The notes under the pieces were generated by a model. The model did no database searches, was not told the DNA's origin, and saw nothing but the letters and a program-made list of their open reading frames with translations. Positions 1 through 14,698 of a stretch of DNA of 64,000 nucleotides are shown here, one piece after another. Position 1 is the stretch's first letter; every line of letters begins with the position of its first letter. Both the position numbers and the translations under genes were made by a program. Origin of the DNA: the human T2T-CHM13v2.0 reference genome, Homo sapiens. The stretch is taken from the NCBI RefSeq assembly GCF_009914755.1, contig NC_060944.1; one strand, given 5' to 3'.

Positions 1-448
1 AATCACAAAGAAAAAAATTGAAAATCACATAATCATACCACCCAGAAATAACCACTTTTAAACCTGATGTATTTTTTTGACCATATATGATATACGAATA
101 TTTCTAATGGTATTATACTATAAGTGCTTTTATGGCCTGTGTTTTGTTTATTTTTCCACTTAGCTTTCTATCATAAACATCTTCTCACAGCAATAAAAAT
201 ACCTCCATCTCATCGTTTTAAGTTTCTGAACAACAGCTGACATAATTTAACTAATTTCTAATGTTGGACATTTAAATTGTTACCAGTTTTTTGCTGTCAT
301 GTTAAAGTTTAAAGAAATACTTTTGCAATTAGATTGCTGAACACATCCATGACTTCACTAGCAGGACAACTGCTGGGTCAAAATGTTGCATGGTTTGAAG
401 GCTTTTAATAAGTTTTGGCAAATTTCCTCTAATGACATTGTACCAATC

Positions 449-498
449 TTCACTCTCCAGGAGCATATGACATTCACTCTCCAGGAGCATATGACATT
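449..498. repeat. Perfect 24-bp tandem duplication (TTCACTCTCCAGGAGCATATGACA x2)
   Basis: Identical units at 449-472 and 473-496, read directly. Confidence 0.9.
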
Positions 499-578
499 AT
501 TTCCCATCCTCATTCTCTAAAACTAGCAATTTTCTTTGTGATTCTGTTTTTCATGGTCTGCCATCAGCAATACCATAA

Positions 579-696
579 TTTCTTTCTTTTTTTTTTTTTG
601 GAAATGGAGTTTTGCTCTTGTTGCCCAGGCTGGAGTGCAATGGCGTGATCTCATCGCAAACTCCGCCTCCTGGGTTCAAGTGATTCTTCTACTTCG
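579..696 (-). mobile_element. Alu right-arm fragment (AluS-like)
   Basis: Poly-T followed by GAGTTTTGCTCTTGTTGCCCAGGCTGGAGTGCAATGG; truncated. Confidence 0.85.
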
Positions 697-909
697 ATCA
701 AGACTGTTTTTGAGATTTGCGTTAAATTATATAACTCTATTCATTTTAACTACTGTTAAATTTTATCTTCATTTTTAAAATTTGTTTTCAGACTAATGTA
801 ACTTGTTGCTATCCTTGTGCTATTATAAACAATGAGTTAATGAACATCTTCATCCCTGTATCTTTACTAGGGTTTCTATGCAGAAGTGGTTTGCTGGTTG
901 GTAGGTTAA

Positions 910-1132
910 CATTGTTTTTCAAACTTTTTTTATTGTGACCTATGATAATAAGCACATTTTACATCACAATCTCCACATACACAAGTTAAAACAAAAGTTT
1001 CATGAAATAGCCCTTATCTTTATTACTAGAAATGTATTCTGATTCAACTTCCTTTTTAAAATGTCAATTACAACTCACAAATTGATTTTACAACATAGTA
1101 ATGGGTCATGGCCCACAATTTGAAAAATGATG
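910..1132. mobile_element. Non-autonomous hAT/Charlie-like DNA transposon (MER-type MITE)
   Basis: Imperfect TIRs CATTGTTTTTCAAACT ... AATTTGAAAAATGATG; ~220 bp. Confidence 0.6.
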
Positions 1133-1199
1133 GATTAAAATATATTTGGTTTCACTAAATGCTTTAAAATTACTCTTTAGGGTAGATACACTAATTTAC

Positions 1200-2115
1200 A
1201 AGACAGGTTATCATTGCCCTACACCCTAACCAACACCTGATTTTATATTTTTTTCTTTTTGCCAGTCTGATGTGTATAAAGCAGCATGTCATTGTTATTT
1301 TAATTTTTCTTTCTTTGATGCTAATAAGTTGAGCTTCTCTTTATATGTTTATTCACTAATTGAGTTTCTCAGAGAGTGAGTTTGCCTATTTTTTGTATTG
1401 GGTTGCCAGGTTTCTTCTTGCTGATTTACTGCTGAGTTTCTTATATAATTTAGATTTTAAATCCTTTTATTGTTATTGAAAATATACTGTAAATACCTTT
1501 CCCAGTCTGTTGATCATTTGTTAGCTTTGTCTGTGTTGTCATTTATAGAGCAGAAAACCACCAATTACTTTATGGTTTGGACTTTTTGTTTCTTACTTAA
1601 GAAATGTTTCCCTAACCCAGTGTCATAAAGATTTGCCTATAAACGTTTTAGCTTCTTAAACTAGCTGAAGTTTGTTTTACATGCTGTGAGATAGGATCTA
1701 TTTTTATTTTTTCCATACAACCAGATATTTTCCCCAACACCATTAAAATAATCCATCTTTTCCTTACTGATTTCTGTTGTCAATTCTATCACATACCAAA
1801 CATCCACATACACAGTTCTGTTTCTGGATTCTTCTCTTTTGTCCCACTAGTCCACATCTGGTAGGGTGATCCCCATCTCTGCTCTTAATTTTGAAAATAG
1901 TTCTTTTAGCTATTTATGGAACTTTATTCTTCCATGCAAACTTTATAATTTGCTTCTCTAATTCCTCTCCCCCAAATATTTGGTAATAATTACATGAATT
2001 GACACCATTACACTGCTATTTCTTACCGTCTACAAACAGTACATTTCTTCATTTACGCAGGTCTTCTTTTATCTCCTTTGATAGGTTTTCTCTAACATGT
2101 TTGGTTAATTCTAGA
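1200..2115 (-). mobile_element. Ancient L1M (ORF2/3' region) fragment
   Basis: T-rich antisense L1-like motifs (TTTTGCCAGTCTGATG, TTCCCAGTCTGT, TTATTCTTCCATGCAAACTTTA). Confidence 0.6.
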
Positions 2116-2212
2116 TAACTCATTTTCTTAATCTTCTTTTTTTCTCCTTTAAAAAAATAGTCTCCAATTTCATAGAAGGGAATAGTATCTTCTTCCCAAA
2201 CAGCCAAGTTTT

Positions 2213-2690
2213 ATTATTTTTTTGTTTGTTTGTCTGTTTTTTTTTGTTTGTTTTTTTTTTAGTAGAGATGGGGGTTTCACCATGTTGACCAGGCTGGTCT
2301 TGAACTCCTGACCTCAAGTGATCCGCCTGCCTCAGCCTCCCAAAGTGCTGGGGCGTGAACCACCATGCCAAACAAATTATTATTATTTTTTTAGAACTCA
2401 GGATCTTGCTCTGTTGCCCAAGCTGGAGTGCAGTCGTGTGATCATAGCTCACTGCAGCCTTCAATTCCTGGATGACTCAAAGGATTCTCCCACCTCAGCC
2501 TCCCGAGTAGCTGGGACTATAGGCATGAGCCATCACTCCTAGATAATTGACTTAAATTTTTTTTTTTTTTTAGAGAGAGGGTCTCATTATGTTACTGTGG
2601 CTGGTCTCGAACTCCTGGGCTGAAGTGATCCTCCTGCCTAAGCCTTCCAAAGTGCTGGAATTACAGACGTGAGCCACAGTGCCTGGCTCT
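2213..2690 (-). mobile_element. Alu left-arm fragment (~2213-2370) plus AluJ-like element (~2385-2690)
   Basis: Alu consensus blocks in antisense with T-rich tails. Confidence 0.85.
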
Positions 2691-3156
2691 CAGCCAAGTT
2701 TTCAATACCATTCCCTTCATGACACTGCCTCCTGGATCACCTCTTTAGTAAGAGATGAACCCAGAAATCCAGACCCTACACAAACCAAACAGAACCAGTA
2801 AGGCACTAGTCAGATGGGCACCTATAGAAGTTGTTAAAGCATGTTGGGGACTCTAAAAGAATTTTAGAAATAAAATGACATGGAGAAAATTATATTAACC
2901 TGACTTATTCTCAAGGCTATGACTATACGTATTTGAAGGTGATATAGTTGACTCTTGTACTTTGTCAGGGTTAGGGGCACCAACCCCTGTGCAGTCAAAA
3001 ACCCGAGGATAACTTAACTCCCCCTAAACTTAACTACCAATAGCCTACTGCTGACCACAAGCCTTACTGAGAACATAAACAGTCAATTAACACATATTTC
3101 ATATGTTATATGTATCACATACTGTATTCTTACGGTAAGCTAGAGAGAAGAAAATG

Positions 3157-3460
3157 AGCTGGGCGCCAAGGCTCATGCCTGCAATCCCAGCACTTTGGGA
3201 GGCTGAGGCAGACCGATCCCTTGAGTCCAGGAGCTTGAAACCAGCCTGGGCAACATGACAAAACCCTGTCTCTATAAAAAAAAATACAAAAACTTGGCTG
3301 AGCATGATGGCGGGTGCCTGTAGTCCCAGCTACATAGGAGGCTGAGGTGGGAGGATTGCTTGAACCCAGGGAGGTCAAGGATGCAGTGAGCAGAGATCAC
3401 GCCACTGCACTCCTGTCTAGACAACAGAGTGAAACCCTGACTCAAAAAAAAAAAAAAAAA
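3157..3460 (+). mobile_element. Alu (J-like) inserted in Tigger2
   Basis: Full dimeric Alu with A-tail. Confidence 0.9.
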
Positions 3461-3931
3461 GAGAAAAAAGAAAACCGTAAGAGAGACAAAATATATTTAC
3501 CATACTATACTTATTGAAACCATAAGTTTATGTTATTGATTTACAAGAAGAATTGTCTGCCTGAAAAGGCAAGCAACCTCAGCTGCAGACCTCAACCTAT
3601 GATACATATCAAGCAATTCCACTCTTTCTTATAATATCACAATTTTTCTCCACTTCTTGGGAGTACTTCCTGCATTACTGGTAGCACTTGTTATGGGTCC
3701 CATGATGTCATTCAAGGTTTATGGCATTGCACTAAACACAGCGAAAAATACCTAAGAACTTTGTGAGATCACTTTTTACTGCCACAGGCAATTTACTGGA
3801 GAGATGAACTGCTCATGAAGAGATGATTAGCAGCACACAGCGTCTTAAGTGGAAACTTGCAACCCTTGCGCTCACAGCAATAGCAACAGGAGGTGGCTAC
3901 GAAATTATTACAGTAGTACCGTATGTGCTAT

Positions 3932-4115
3932 GGTTTTTTGTTTGTTTGTGCTTTTTTCAAGACAGGGTCTTGCTCTGTTGCACAGGCTGGAGTGCAGTGG
4001 TGTGGTCATAGTTCACTGCAGCCTTGAATTCCTGGGCTCTAGTGATCCTCCCATCTCTGCCTCCTGAGTAGCTAGGATGATAGTCATATGTCACTACACT
4101 TGGCTATTTTTTTTA
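3932..4115 (-). mobile_element. Alu right-arm/monomer fragment inserted in Tigger2
   Basis: GACAGGGTCTTGCTCTGTTGCACAGGCTGGAGTGCAGTGG. Confidence 0.8.
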
Positions 4116-5096
4116 ACTATAGTTAATTTTATGCAATTATGAGTTAATACTGCATCTTCACATTTGTTCACATTTCTCTTAACTGTGAATGGCACCATGC
4201 ACCATCTGTTTGCGTAAGTTTTGATGAATTTTAACTTTTTATAATAGATGTGTGTATATTTTATGGTGGTAAATGATAACAATAGGTAAGTATTTGCATA
4301 TTTTCATACGTTGATGACATATTTCCTTTTTCTTTTTTTGATATTTCTAAGGTGTGTTTCATCTGCAGGTTTTTTCAAATTGTCACAAATCTTCAAAGAC
4401 ATTTCAATATATTTATTGAAAAAAATCTGCACATAAATAGACCTACACAGTTCAAACCTGTGTTGTTCAGGGGTTAAGTATACTTTTAAAATAAATACTT
4501 GGAGTGTTGGAGAAGGGAAGATGATGTTAAACTGCCTTCTAGGAAGACAGCTATGCTTTACTACAGGACTCTAGTTTCTTTAAGCCAGTAATGCAAGTTT
4601 GGGGCCAGAGCTGAATTGCTTGTAATAGATGATGCAAAGTATTGTCACAAGAGATCTTCCTTCCCAGTTGTTCCTTCATGCATGATCCAGCTTCTCTTCT
4701 GAACAAATGTTGAGCAAATGTTTATTTAAAGGAAAAAGTGACACTGATTTCTTAGTTGCTCTGGGCATCTGCATATCTCAGGTTGGCAAGGGGTCTTGGC
4801 AGAAGCCCAAACCTAGATGAGCCATAAAATCAGGTAGACACCAAGGTGACAACTTGGGGCAGGGACCAAGGTCAGAGCCCTGTCACAGGAACTGTGGAAC
4901 AGACTTCTTGAATTGGGTAGTGGTCCAGTTATTGAAACACCAGCCCACATCCCAACAGAAAAAACAGTAAAATATCTGTCTAGGCAAATTTCCAAATGAA
5001 GAAAAACAAATAGCCCATATGAAAAAAAGAAGTGTTCAGCCTCATTAGAAAATAAAACAACAAAGGATATTTTTTTTCCTTGTCTGATTGGCAAAG

Positions 5097-5226
5097 TTTC
5101 TTTTTTCTTTTCCTTCCTTCCTTCCCTCCCTCTCTTCCTCCCTCCCTTCCTCCCTCCCTCATTTCCTTCCCTCCCTCCTTCCTTCCTTCCTTCCTTGCTT
5201 CCTTCCCTCCTTCCCTCCTTCCTTCC
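5097..5226. repeat. (TTCC/TCCC)n pyrimidine microsatellite within old L1M sequence
   Basis: Read directly. Confidence 0.9.
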
Positions 5227-5419
5227 GATACTCATTGTTGAGGGAGTGGTGAAAGGGTATTCTCAAGCACAGCTGGTAGTTGTGTGAGCTGGCACGGCTT
5301 TTCTGGAGGGCAATTTGGCAGACTGTATTTAAAAATTCTAAAGACACGCACTGTTTTTGATCCCGCAATTCTACTTCTAGGGATTTCTCCTAAGGAAATA
5401 ATTAGAAGTGAATACAAAG

Positions 5420-5665
5420 ATGAATAATAGCAGCTTAACATTTACAGGGTGTTCACTCTGTGCAGGCAGTATGCTAAGCACTTACACTTAACTCATTTAG
5501 CCCTTATAGCAACATGCAATGTGAGGAGTATTGTCAAGTCCATTTTTAGGTGGGGAAGCTGAGTCCCAAGGAGGTGGTGTAAGTTGATTAAGTTCAAGTA
5601 GCTAGTAAGTGACAGGATGCTCAAATCCTGATCTCTTTAACTCCAAAACCCATTCTCTGAACCAC
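5420..5665 (-). mobile_element. MIR SINE
   Basis: Resembles MIR core: CATTTTTAGGTGGGGAAGCTGAGTCCCAAGGAGG...GCTAGTAAGTGACAG. Confidence 0.65.
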
Positions 5666-6259
5666 CTTGTTATCCTATCCTCTGGAACACTAAGTGTAAA
5701 AAAGATGCTCTACATAGTACCGTTTAAAATGGCAAAAATTCTGAAATAAGCTAAATGTGCAAGAATTAGGGAACATTAAATAAATCATGTAGGATCATAT
5801 GATAAAATACATAGTCATTAAAAATAAGTTCTAAAACAACGACACCAGGAAATGTTCATGATATATCAAATGGGTAAAATAATGTATAAGTTATGTCCCA
5901 TTTTAATTTTAAAAATGCATATGTACCATTTTTATGAAGTTTAAAAATAGGAAAGACCAGGGTGTAATGATCAAGGTTGGAGGGGAAAGGGGTCGTCGAC
6001 TGGGAAGCCTGCTGGGTTGCATGGATGTTTACATACATAAAAATTAAGCCAGTAGTGCAGTTAACATTTGTGTGCTTTATACAAGTTTATGTAAGTTATA
6101 TCTCACTTTAAAAATACATAAATGCATAGAAAAAGCCCTGGCCAGAAAAACAAAAACAAAAACAAAAAAACAACGTTAGCAGTGATTGTTGCTAAGTATA
6201 ATTTTCATTTTATTCTTTATACTATTCTGTGTATGTGTGGGCTTTTTTTATTTTCCATT

Positions 6260-6399
6260 TTTTTGTTTTGGGGGTTTTCTTTAGAGATGGGGCCTTGCTA
6301 TGTTGCCTAGGCTGGACTCGAACTCCTGGGCTCAAGCAATCCTCCCGCCTCAGCCTCCTGAGTAGCTAGGATTACAGGCATGTACCACCATGCCCGGCC
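6260..6399 (-). mobile_element. FLAM/Alu monomer
   Basis: GAGATGGGGCCTTGCTATGTTGCCTAGGCTGG...ACCATGCCCGGCC. Confidence 0.85.
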
Positions 6400-7284
6400 T
6401 TCTGTGCTTTCCTTCCCCTGCATTTCCCACCCTTCCAATGAGCCTGTATTATCTTATTCTTGGGGGCTGGGGGAGAACATGCACATGACGGCCAGGCTGT
6501 AGTCCAGACCTAGAACCCTGGAGGTGGCAGAGCTTTTCAAGGACTCCAGTGCTGGGCGCCAACCTGAGTCTAGTCTTGCAGGTACAACACAGTGGTTCCA
6601 AGGATACTGAGAATGGTGAGGTCCAGTGGCCAGCCTGTTTGGAGGATATGCGAGTGAGAATCCCTGAGTAGCCTTAGATGAACTAGAAGCAACACCCTTA
6701 AGATAAGTTCCTCCGACTTTAAAATTCAGCTGGGCAAAGGCTGCATGTAGCCATCCTGGCCACGGAGCCATCCTGGTCACAGCAACAATTCATTGTTCAG
6801 CTGCTGGTTGGATGCCTTGTTGCTCACTGGTGATGACATCAGGTCTCCAGGGAGCACACTGGCTGTCAATCAGAAGCCTTTTTCTGGCAGCAGTGAGCCA
6901 TCTCTGCCTCCTCTCTCTTTTAAAGGGGCAGCTTCTGCCTGGGCAAGGGAGCTAGGTTTGGGCCACCTTGATTCTTTCTTTCCATTTCAAGTCTAATTTC
7001 CAGGGCAGTGGAGATATTAAAGAAGAGCAAGGTGGGTTACTGTGGGTGTTTCTCAAGATCCCAGCTTCAGCTTACTCCTGACAATAAAATCTTGCTAACC
7101 AAGACATGGATCAAAATAAAGATGGAGCTAAAAAATTAAAATCCAGTGGATATAAAAAATTTCACTAAATGTTTTTAGTGGATCTAAAAAAATTATATTT
7201 TAAAAATCTTTGGTATATAAAATTGCTGGTAAATACTAAACAGGCTTAAATATAAAATGAAGAAAAATAACTGAGAATTATCAG

Positions 7285-7985
<701 letters not shown>

Positions 7986-8419
7986 AGTCTTTAACTGATT
8001 CACTCCATTGAAGTAAAAATAACAACACAGTAAAACGGGAAGTTTGGGGAGAAAAGATGGAAAGAGTATAACAGTGCCAGTGTTTTATTACATGTAGTCA
8101 CCATCTAAAATTGATATATAAGGCTAAAAACAACAATGTCTGCAACCTCTTAATGTTTTCAGGAGGGATCTTTAAGGGGCTCATATATTTCTTTTGGTGG
8201 AGAAATTGTTATCTAAAGTTCATAAATTCTTTCTTTACATTTGTTTCTAAAATTCCAATAAATTCAAGTAAAATAAGTGAAATACCCTTCAAAACTTAAG
8301 AAGAGTATTATAATATGAAATAATTTTTAGAAATTATTTCTGATTACCTATCTGTATAGATGCATTGAAAGATGTTTGGAGTGATGTTCACCTCATTTGA
8401 ATTATGCTCATTTCCGGCT

Positions 8420-8975
8420 TTTTATTTTTGTTTTTAAACTTTTAATTTTGAAATGATTGTAGATTTACAGAAAAGTTGTAAAGATGGGAAAGTTCTGATT
8501 TCCTCCTCACTCAACTTCCTCTAATGTCAACATCTTATGCAATCATGCTACCTGTATAAAAAGTAAGACATTAACTTGGTAATTATTATAGTATGATGCT
8601 GTTAACCAGAATACATACTTCATTCAGATTTTCTAATTTTTCCACTGATGTCTTTTTTATGTTCCACTTTCCAAACCAGAATACCACATTGTGTTTAGAT
8701 ATCACATCTCCTTCGTCTCCTCTGGCCTATGACAGTTGCTTGGTTTTTCCTTTCCTTTCATAGCCTTGACACTTTTGAAAAGTGGTGGTCATATACTTTC
8801 AGAATGTTTCTCAATTTTGGCTTGTCTGGTGTTTTCTCATGATTTGACTAAGGTTTTAGGCTTTGGGGAAGAAAAATCACAGAAGTGATGTCTTGTCATC
8901 CCATTCATTACATGAAAGGGCACGTGATCTCTACATGACCTCTCACTGGTGATGTTGACCTTGATCATTTGACTT
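8420..8975 (-). mobile_element. L1M 3' end fragment
   Basis: TTTTGAAATGATTGTAGATTTACAGAAAAGTTG...CACTGGTGATGTTGACCTTGATCA, typical antisense L1MB/MC 3'UTR. Confidence 0.65.
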
Positions 8976-11900
8976 TTTCACTTTATTCTTTGTACTTTTT
9001 TATATTGCTTTAATTCCTTATAATGAGTATGTCATAAAAGGGAACTTGGAAGTGCTACATATGCTGAAGAACTCCACAAATGTGAGGGTTAAATTTTTCA
9101 TTTGAAAGAGAGGATTGATGTCCAAGGCTTGGCTGAAAGAGGGAAGAGAAGATAAGTATAGCTACGACATCAATGTTAATTGCCTGGAGGCCAGCCAGGG
9201 TGGCAGGGAAAAATGGAGATGACTTTGAGATTATGTAACTGCTAGCAGAGCAAAGAGTGAGGGCCTCATACAAATATTTCTTAATATTGATACATTTCCC
9301 TTTAGCCTATAGCCCTAGTTGAGAGTGGGGGTTACCCCACTGGCCAAGTTGGAAATGGCATAACAGCAGAGAGCTGATTCTGTTGCAAAAGCGAGTGGGC
9401 ATGGGAACTAATGTTAATTAAGCACCAGGTATGTTCCAAGTGCTTGACTAAATCATCCCAACCCTGCCTGCTAAGTATGCTGGTCATCTCCATTTTATGG
9501 GGAAATGGAGACTCAGAGAAGTGAAGTAACTTGTCTAAAGCCACTCGGCCAGTTAACCATCAAATGTCTATCAGGCAATGTACCAGGCAGGCACAGGAAA
9601 GCTACTGTTTGAATCTAGATCTCTGTGACACTAAAGCCACACTCTTCCCCCCACCCCCCACATACACACACTTTACACCACCTGCTTCCCAGGAAGGGCC
9701 GCAGACACGTACAGGAATCCCAATTATGGGGAAAGAAGATGAGCTTCTGAGACTATTCCGAGCCACAAGATTTTTCAAATTCTTCACAATCTCTGTCTCA
9801 TGGATCAGAGAGATCCATGAATCCCCAGGTCAAGATCCTACTACCCTCTGAATGATTTGGACAGCTGTTCTCTGCAATCAGATGGGGGAAAGGGCTTGGG
9901 GTAGCTGGAACAGCCTTCCGCTATCCCTGCTGTTGACAAGACCGTAGGATGCAGGGAGAAACAAAGAAAGAGATGGCGAGAGAGGGGAGGGAAAAAGAGA
10001 AGGAGGGGAGAGAGAGAAACTGCTTAGTTTTGAATTCCTTTTTCCAGTTAGCCCTAAGGCCAGCTCCCAATCCCTCCTAAGGATGGATTTTAGCAAAGAG
10101 GAACCCCTTTTTATTAAAGCTAGTTCAAATTTGGTTTCTGTAACTTGAAACCAATGTGGGCACATGGGCGGGGCCCCAGTATCATTTACTATCTAGTGGT
10201 AACCATGTCACTGCTGATTTTTATGGTGAAATGATAAGGTGGAGAAGCGGTTCACCTTCAGCTGGTGCTGTTACTGTTGTTGCTGCCACTGCCAGCAACA
10301 TGGGGCTTGGTGGTGGTGGTAGTGACGTGCGATGGTGGTTGTGAGTGTGACGATTATTGGAGGGGCTAGCGATTATGGGTACCAAAATTCCTTGGCAGAG
10401 ATGCTGGTTATTGGAGGGGCTAAAGATCACAGGTACCAGCATCCCTATTTCTTCAAGGTTTGTCTCTTTCTTTTACGCTTTGTATTTCTACAATGGCCCT
10501 GGGGAGTGAAAAGACTTAGAATTTCATCTTGTCAAGACTGGTAGATGAAAACATGACTGAAGAATTGATGTGCATTCATTCCACCAGTTAAGTCCTGTTG
10601 TGTGTACATTTTTTAACAATGCTTGCATTCCCTGGGGCTGCAATTTATTCTACTTGCCATGATGTCATGGTTCACTGTGAAACACAGGAGCGTGTTGACT
10701 TCAGACTTCTCAACACATTAAACCTATGAGCAGAGTGTAACCTGCCAACGTTGTGCCCGGAAGTCGTGAAGACTTCTGGGATGGATTCATCCTGCATCAA
10801 TGAGGGCTAGTTGTTTTCAGCTAAAGCTTGTGAGTATGAGGGCACAGGGACCGTGCTTGTGAGTAAGCGGGCCGGCATGCTGCTGGGGGTGCGTCAGGTA
10901 GAGAGACTATAGCGTGTGCATCTGTTCCTCTCTCTCAATGTCTGCCCGAATCTCCTTCGCCCTCCCCAGAGTGAAGCAGTGAGGCAGGAGCAATGCTCAC
11001 ATTTCACTCCAAGCACCTACCTTGTTATATTTTCAACAAAATAGCTTTCTACCTAAGAAATATTCTGGGACAAATGTAAAGCTTATTCATCCATTCAATT
11101 AATATCGGTGATGAGCCATGCACTCGTCTAGGTGCTGGGGGTATAAGAGTGGAAGGAAGGAACCCACAAATCCCTGCTCTTATACAGCTGACATTCTAGC
11201 GGGTTTAAACATGTCTCATTCTCATCACACACAGGTGAGGAAACTGAGGTTAATTGACTTAACTGAGGACAAACAGTAAAGGGCAGAGCTAAGATTTTAA
11301 GTAAGATCAGACTGATCCCCAAACCCATGCCCCTGACCAATTCTATGTTATCTTCAGTGAATATTTTTTAAAAATTTGTACTGCCCAACATCTTTTCACC
11401 ATTCTTTGGGTACTAGAAACCTCCATTACTTCTGGTAAACCACTCTTCCAGTCTCCAAGATCATCTAGAAAAACTCCAGTAAAGGCATCCTGTCCTCCTT
11501 CAACTGAAGAACGGGTTCATAACCCAAATATGTCATTCCAATGCTGCTTTCTGCTGTCAAGACCTCCTGGAAGTATGACTCTTTTCGCTCTCAAGTTGAT
11601 TTTTCAGCTCTGCCTATGATTCTGTAAGCCATCCCATATTTTTCCAATACACTTTTTTTATCCAGTTATACAGAGTTCACTTCTGTTGCATATAACCAAA
11701 GAATGAAACTAACACATTGTCCCTTCACCCTCTAGGTCTTAATTTGACCCAAAGCAGGTTTTGTGATCTACTAACTAGAAAGTATTGCACCCACCTCCCA
11801 GGAAAGAAATCTTGTTTACTTGAGCCAGGCCTGCCGACATCCCTGGCTTCTGGCCCCTTGTTCAGACCTAGCCTTCCAGGAAAAGCTTCCCTGCTCTGCA

Positions 11901-12199
11901 CCGGGGCTGCCAGACTTGCAGATGCTGCACACTCAGCAAAAGCAGTGGAGGAGCCTGAGCTATATTTGAACTTCTCTGAGAGCACACAGACACAGCCCCC
12001 TGTGCTCTGGCTGGCGGAGGGGACTGGTAATTAACAGTACTCTTGTTCAGAGCACAAATGGAACAGGTGATGGATCAGCAAGTTCAGAATCAGAGCCACA
12101 GCCAATCTCTCCATCCCCAAGTCTATTTTTGGGTCACCACAGATGCTTATTAACACCACATATCAGGGCTACAGGACAGACAAGAGACTTGTCTTGGGG

Positions 12200-12701
12200 A
12201 ACTTGTCAGTCAAAATTACATTGAGTTTTATGTAACAAGTCTGACCAGATACCGTTTTTTTCCCCTCACCCAACAAGAAGTCCAGTGGTAGGCAGTCCAG
12301 GCGGGTATAGAGGCTCAGAGAAATCCTTAAGGATTGAAGCTCTTTTTATCTTCCTGATCTGCTATCCTTAGCAGCTGGCTCTCACCCTCATAGTCACAAG
12401 ATGGCTGCCCCACTTCCAGAAGTCTCACCTACATTCCAGGTAGGAATAAAAGCAAAAGCAAAGAAGAGAAGGCATGTTCCTGATGAGTTTTCCCTACCCC
12501 TTTGTATGAGGAAGACAAGAGATTCCAAGGAAGCCTCATCCAGATTTTCCTGTACATCTCATTGGTCAGAACTGGGTCAGAGGACCAGCTGCAAGGGTAT
12601 TTTTAACTGGGCATATTGTCATTCAAACAAAACTGGGATTCTGTTACTAAGTAAGAAAGGGAGTAAAGGCATTGGTTAAGTAACTAGTAGTGTCTGTCAC
12701 A
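12200..12701 (-). mobile_element. Old MaLR LTR (MLT1K/L-like)
   Basis: CAAGAAGTCCAGTGGTAGGCAGTCCAGG, CACAAGATGGCTGC, CTCATTGGTCAGAACTGGGTCA; ends ...TGTCACA. Confidence 0.6.
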
Positions 12702-12872
12702 AAAGGTAAGATGGGAAATGGGTCATGATCGAGGGAGGCCTCCAAGGGGCTTAGTCACAGGTTCTCAGGAGCACACAAACTGGACCCATTTCCAGGGTCC
12801 CCATGTGGAAAGGCAGAGGGCTGGAGGAAGGTCTTACGGCTGTTCGCAGCCCCGCCCTCGTTCTCATGGTAA

Positions 12873-13206
<334 letters not shown>

Positions 13207-13882
13207 AAAGCTGTCCTTTAAAGATGGCATTGAGGTCAGAGAAACGTGGGAAAGGTAAAGAGGTTCACCAAAAAAGAGTCAAACAGCTCTGATTTCAAAT
13301 CCAAGCTCTGCCAAATACCAATGCTCTGACCTTGGGTGAATCACTTAACCTCTCTAAAATGGGGGTAATACTTTGCACATGTTTTGTGAGGCTCAAAAAA
13401 ACTTCAGGTATACATTGTATATCGTAGCTATCCCAAAAATGGTCGTTATTATTACATTAATTCCCTCCTTTTCTAAATGGTGAAAATGAACCCAGAGAGG
13501 GGAAGCAAGATGACCTAAGTCACACAGCCAGATAGAGGCAGAGCTGCGACCGGGCCCAGGCTATCTGACTTCCACTCTGAGGGGTGTTCCCTATCATCAC
13601 TGCCTGTCTCTGTAACAAAATGATGAACATTCATTAAAGTGTGAAATTAGGCCTGAATGGTAGAACAAAGTCGCTGATTTAGAATTTTATTTAAAAACAC
13701 AAACCTCAAATTTCAGACACTGAAGATGCCAAAAGTCAAGCAGAAAAGGTAGAGGCATCCTGGTGTGCCCCTCCTGGTGAATTCTACTCATTGTTACTGT
13801 CATTTACTAAGTGCACCAGCCGTGTGCCTGACATCACGCTAAAGCGTCTACCTAATGGCAGTAGCTAACATTCATGGAACAC

Positions 13883-13943
13883 TATGTTAGTTTCCTGTGG
13901 CTGCTATAACAAAATCCCACAAACTTAGTGGCTTAAAAACACA

Positions 13944-13986
<43 letters not shown>

Positions 13987-14698
13987 CAGAGACAGGTTGT
14001 CACTCTGTTGCCCAGGCTAGAATTCAGTGGCATGATCATAGCTCACTGCAGCCTCGAACTCTCAGGCTCAAGCGAGCCTCCTGCCTTGGCCTCCTGAGTA
14101 GCTGGAATTACAGGCATGCACCACCATATCCAGCTAATAAAAAAAATTTTTTTTTCAGAGATAGGGTGTCCATGTTTCCCAGGCTGGTTTTGAACTCCTG
14201 AGCTCAAGCCATCCTCCCACCTCAACCTCTAAAACTGCTGGGATTACAGGAGTGAGCCACCACACCCAGCCAAAAACACAAATTTATTCTCTTACAGTTC
14301 TGGCGGTCAGAATTCCTGAGATCACTGTGTCAGCAGGGCTGTGTTTAGTGAGCTCGTTCCCTTGCTTTTTTCAGATTCTAAAGTCACCTGCATTCCTTGG
14401 CTTGTGGCCCCTTCTTTCGTCTTCAAAGCTGGCAGTGTAGCATGTTCAAATCAATCTCTCCCCACCACACACAAACACCCTCGCCTCTGCTTTCATTGTC
14501 ATGTCTCCTCAGATTCTAACCCTCCTACCTCCCTCTTCCATTTTCAATTATATTGAGTCCACCAGGATAATGCCCCCATCTCAAAATCCTTAATTGAATC
14601 ACACCTACTAGATCCTTTTTGCCATGTAAGGTAACATTCACAGGTTCTGGAGATTGGGATGTGGACATCTTTGGTAGACCACTAGTTTAGCTACCACA
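13883..14698 (-). mobile_element. MLT1C/D-type MaLR LTR split by an AluJ (~13946-14271)
   Basis: TTAGTTTCCTGTGGCTGCTATAACAAAATCCCACAAACTTAGTGGCTTAAAA start; Alu flanked by AAAAACACA direct repeats. Confidence 0.75.

Larger units (their letters stand above)
2945..4480 (-). mobile_element. Tigger2-family (TcMar/pogo) internally deleted DNA transposon, interrupted by two Alus
   Basis: Ends TAGTTGACTCTTG ... GTTGTTCAGGGGTTAAGTA resemble the CAGTTGACCCTTGAACAAC TIR and are each flanked by TA; minus-strand transposase N-terminus MGPITSATSNAGSTPKKWRKIVIL*ERVELLDMYHRLRSAA starts at 3703. Confidence 0.8.
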
